A stretch of 64,000 bases of DNA from an uncultured Gemmatimonadales bacterium (GTDB lineage Bacteria > Gemmatimonadota > Gemmatimonadetes > Gemmatimonadales > GWC2-71-9): assembly GCA_963779755.1 (NCBI GenBank), contig CAVZZO010000003.1:896001-960000 (forward strand), in the 5' to 3' direction. The position numbers were made by a program, and so were the translations under genes. This document shows, one piece after another, positions 62,428-64,000 of the stretch (within the stretch, counting starts at the first letter, position 1; each line of letters begins with the position of its first letter). The notes beneath the pieces are model-generated. The model was not told the DNA's origin. It saw nothing but the letters and a program-made list of their open reading frames with translations, and made no database searches.

Positions 62428-63308
62428 CCTTGTAGCGCCGCGGCGCCGCCCACGATCTCCGCGATTTCCTGGGTGATCTGGGCCTGGCGCTGCCGGTTGT
62501 AACTGCGGCGCAGCAGCCCCAGCAGCTCGCCGGCGTTGTCGGTCGCGTTCTTCATGGCCGTCCGGCGCGCGCCCTGCTCCGAGGCGGCCGTCTCGACCAG
62601 CCCGCGGAAGACGGCGTTGCGCACGTAGAGCGGCAGCAACTCGCGCAGAATCTCCTCCGGCCCCGGCACCAGCAGGTAGTCGGGCCGGGGGCCTTCCCGC
62701 CGCTCCGCCGGCGCCTCCACCGGCAGAATACGCTGCGTCACCGGCGGCGTGCTCAGCGCGCTCACGAACCGGGCGAACACCAGGTCCACGCTGGCCAGCT
62801 CGCCCCGCTCGTACCGCTCGATGAGCGGCTGGGCCACCTCGGCCGCCTGCGCGGCGGTGGGGCGGTCGCTGATGTCGGTCCGCTGGGTGGCCGGCGGCCG
62901 GCCGATGAAGCGGAAGAAGCCGATGCCCTTCTTGCCGATCCCGTGCAGCTCCGTCTCGTACCCCTCTGCCGCCAGCACGTCGAGCCGGCGCCGTGCTTCC
63001 TTGATCAGGTTGGCATTGAAACCGCCCGCCAGACCGCGGTTGGAGGTGATCAGAATGACGGCCGCGCGCCGGGGGCCGCCCCGGTCCGGAGGCGCCGGCC
63101 GCCGCAGCAGGGGGAAGCGCTCGGCCAGCTCGGGGGTCGCCAGGTCGGCGATCACGTGCTGCAGCGCCTCGGCGTAGGGCCGAGCCGCGATGACCCGGTC
63201 CTGCGCCCGCTTCAGCTTGCTGGTCGCCACCAGCTCCATGGTGCGCGTGATCTTGCGCGTGTTCTCGATGGAGCGGATGCGGCCCTTGATCTGCCGGGTC
63301 TTCGCCAT
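62424..63308 (-). CDS. atpG: ATP synthase F1 gamma subunit
   Basis: RIRSI..TRKITRTMELVA, RGLAGGFN, AMKNATDNA, RQAQITQEI.EIVGGA. Confidence 0.97.
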
Positions 63309-64000
63309 CAGCCGTTCGCGCGGAACAGGGGTTTGAAGGCCTTGATTGCGGCGTCGAGCGCACCCTTGAGATCGTCGCTCAGCGTCTTCCTGGTGCGGAT
63401 TTCTTCCAGGATTTCCGGGTGGGCGCTGTCCAGGTAGTCGAGGAAGTCGGGCTCCCACTGCCGGATGTGCTCGATCGCCACGTCGTCCAGATGGCCGTTG
63501 GTCACCACGTAGATGATGGCCACCTGCCGCTCGACCGGGATCGGATGATACTGGGGCTGCTTGAGCACCTCGACCAGCCGCTCGCCCCGGGCCAGCTGCC
63601 GCTGGGTGGCGGCATCGAGGTCGGAGCCGAACTGGGCGAAGGCCTCCAGCTCGCGGAACTGGGCCAGGCTCAGGCGCAGCGGGCCGGCCACCTGCTTCAT
63701 CGCCTTGATCTGCGCGTTGCCGCCTACGCGGCTCACGCTGATGCCGGCGTCGATGGCGGGCCGGACATTGGAGTAGAACAGATCGGTGGTGAGGAAGATC
63801 TGCCCGTCGGTGATGGAGATGACGTTGGTCGGGATGTAGGCCGAGACGTCGCCCGCCTGGGTCTCGATGATGGGCAGCGCGGTCAGGGACCCGCCCGGCT
63901 GCTTGATCCGGGGATCCTGCTTGATGGCGTTGGCGTCTTCGGAGATCTTGGCGGCCCGCTCCAGCAGACGGCTGTGCAGGTAGAAGACGTCGCCCGGATA
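63308..64000 (-). CDS. atpA: ATP synthase F1 alpha subunit, C-terminal part (5' end beyond window)
   Basis: Manual translation [18 protein letters not shown]...[45 protein letters not shown]. Confidence 0.97.
   Translation of the reverse strand, partial: YPGDVFYLHSRLLERAAKISEDANAIKQDPRIKQPGGSLTALPIIETQAGDVSAYIPTNVISITDGQIFLTTDLFYSNVRPAIDAGISVSRVGGNAQIKAMKQVAGPLRLSLAQFRELEAFAQFGSDLDAATQRQLARGERLVEVLKQPQYHPIPVERQVAIIYVVTNGHLDDVAIEHIRQWEPDFLDYLDSAHPEILEEIRTRKTLSDDLKGALDAAIKAFKPLFRANG

Overview
High-GC (~70%) bacterial chromosomal window, gene-dense and mostly housekeeping. Gene style and content suggest Gemmatimonadota (inference; there is no rRNA here). About 63 CDS are supported. They include a TolB-like lipoprotein/TonB-dependent receptor pair with a Na+/solute symporter and a convergent sugar kinase/nucleotidyltransferase pair, malate synthase, cydAB, a POT peptide transporter operon, a hybrid histidine kinase/glycosyltransferase operon, thiO-lipA-pdhABC-lpdA-lipB, dnaE-accA-ricT-metG, a lemA/TPM cluster, waaA and the distal atp operon (atpA'GDC). 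I saw no rRNA, tRNA, CRISPR array, transposase or integrase. The most striking unexplained structure is about 14 intergenic short-period tandem arrays (mostly 7-mers, one 11-mer, one degenerate 9-mer). They are built from several different unit sequences but share one architecture: they start at or near a stop codon, and a purine-rich arm is followed by its pyrimidine-rich inverted complement. Some arrays switch unit family while holding the 7-nt register. Other leads are an antisense gene wedged into an operon by CTAG/CATG overlaps, a RicT with an extra Cys triad, a truncated ATP synthase epsilon coupled to outer-membrane genes, and a PorV-like/peptidase operon. All product calls come from motif recognition by eye, not database searches.
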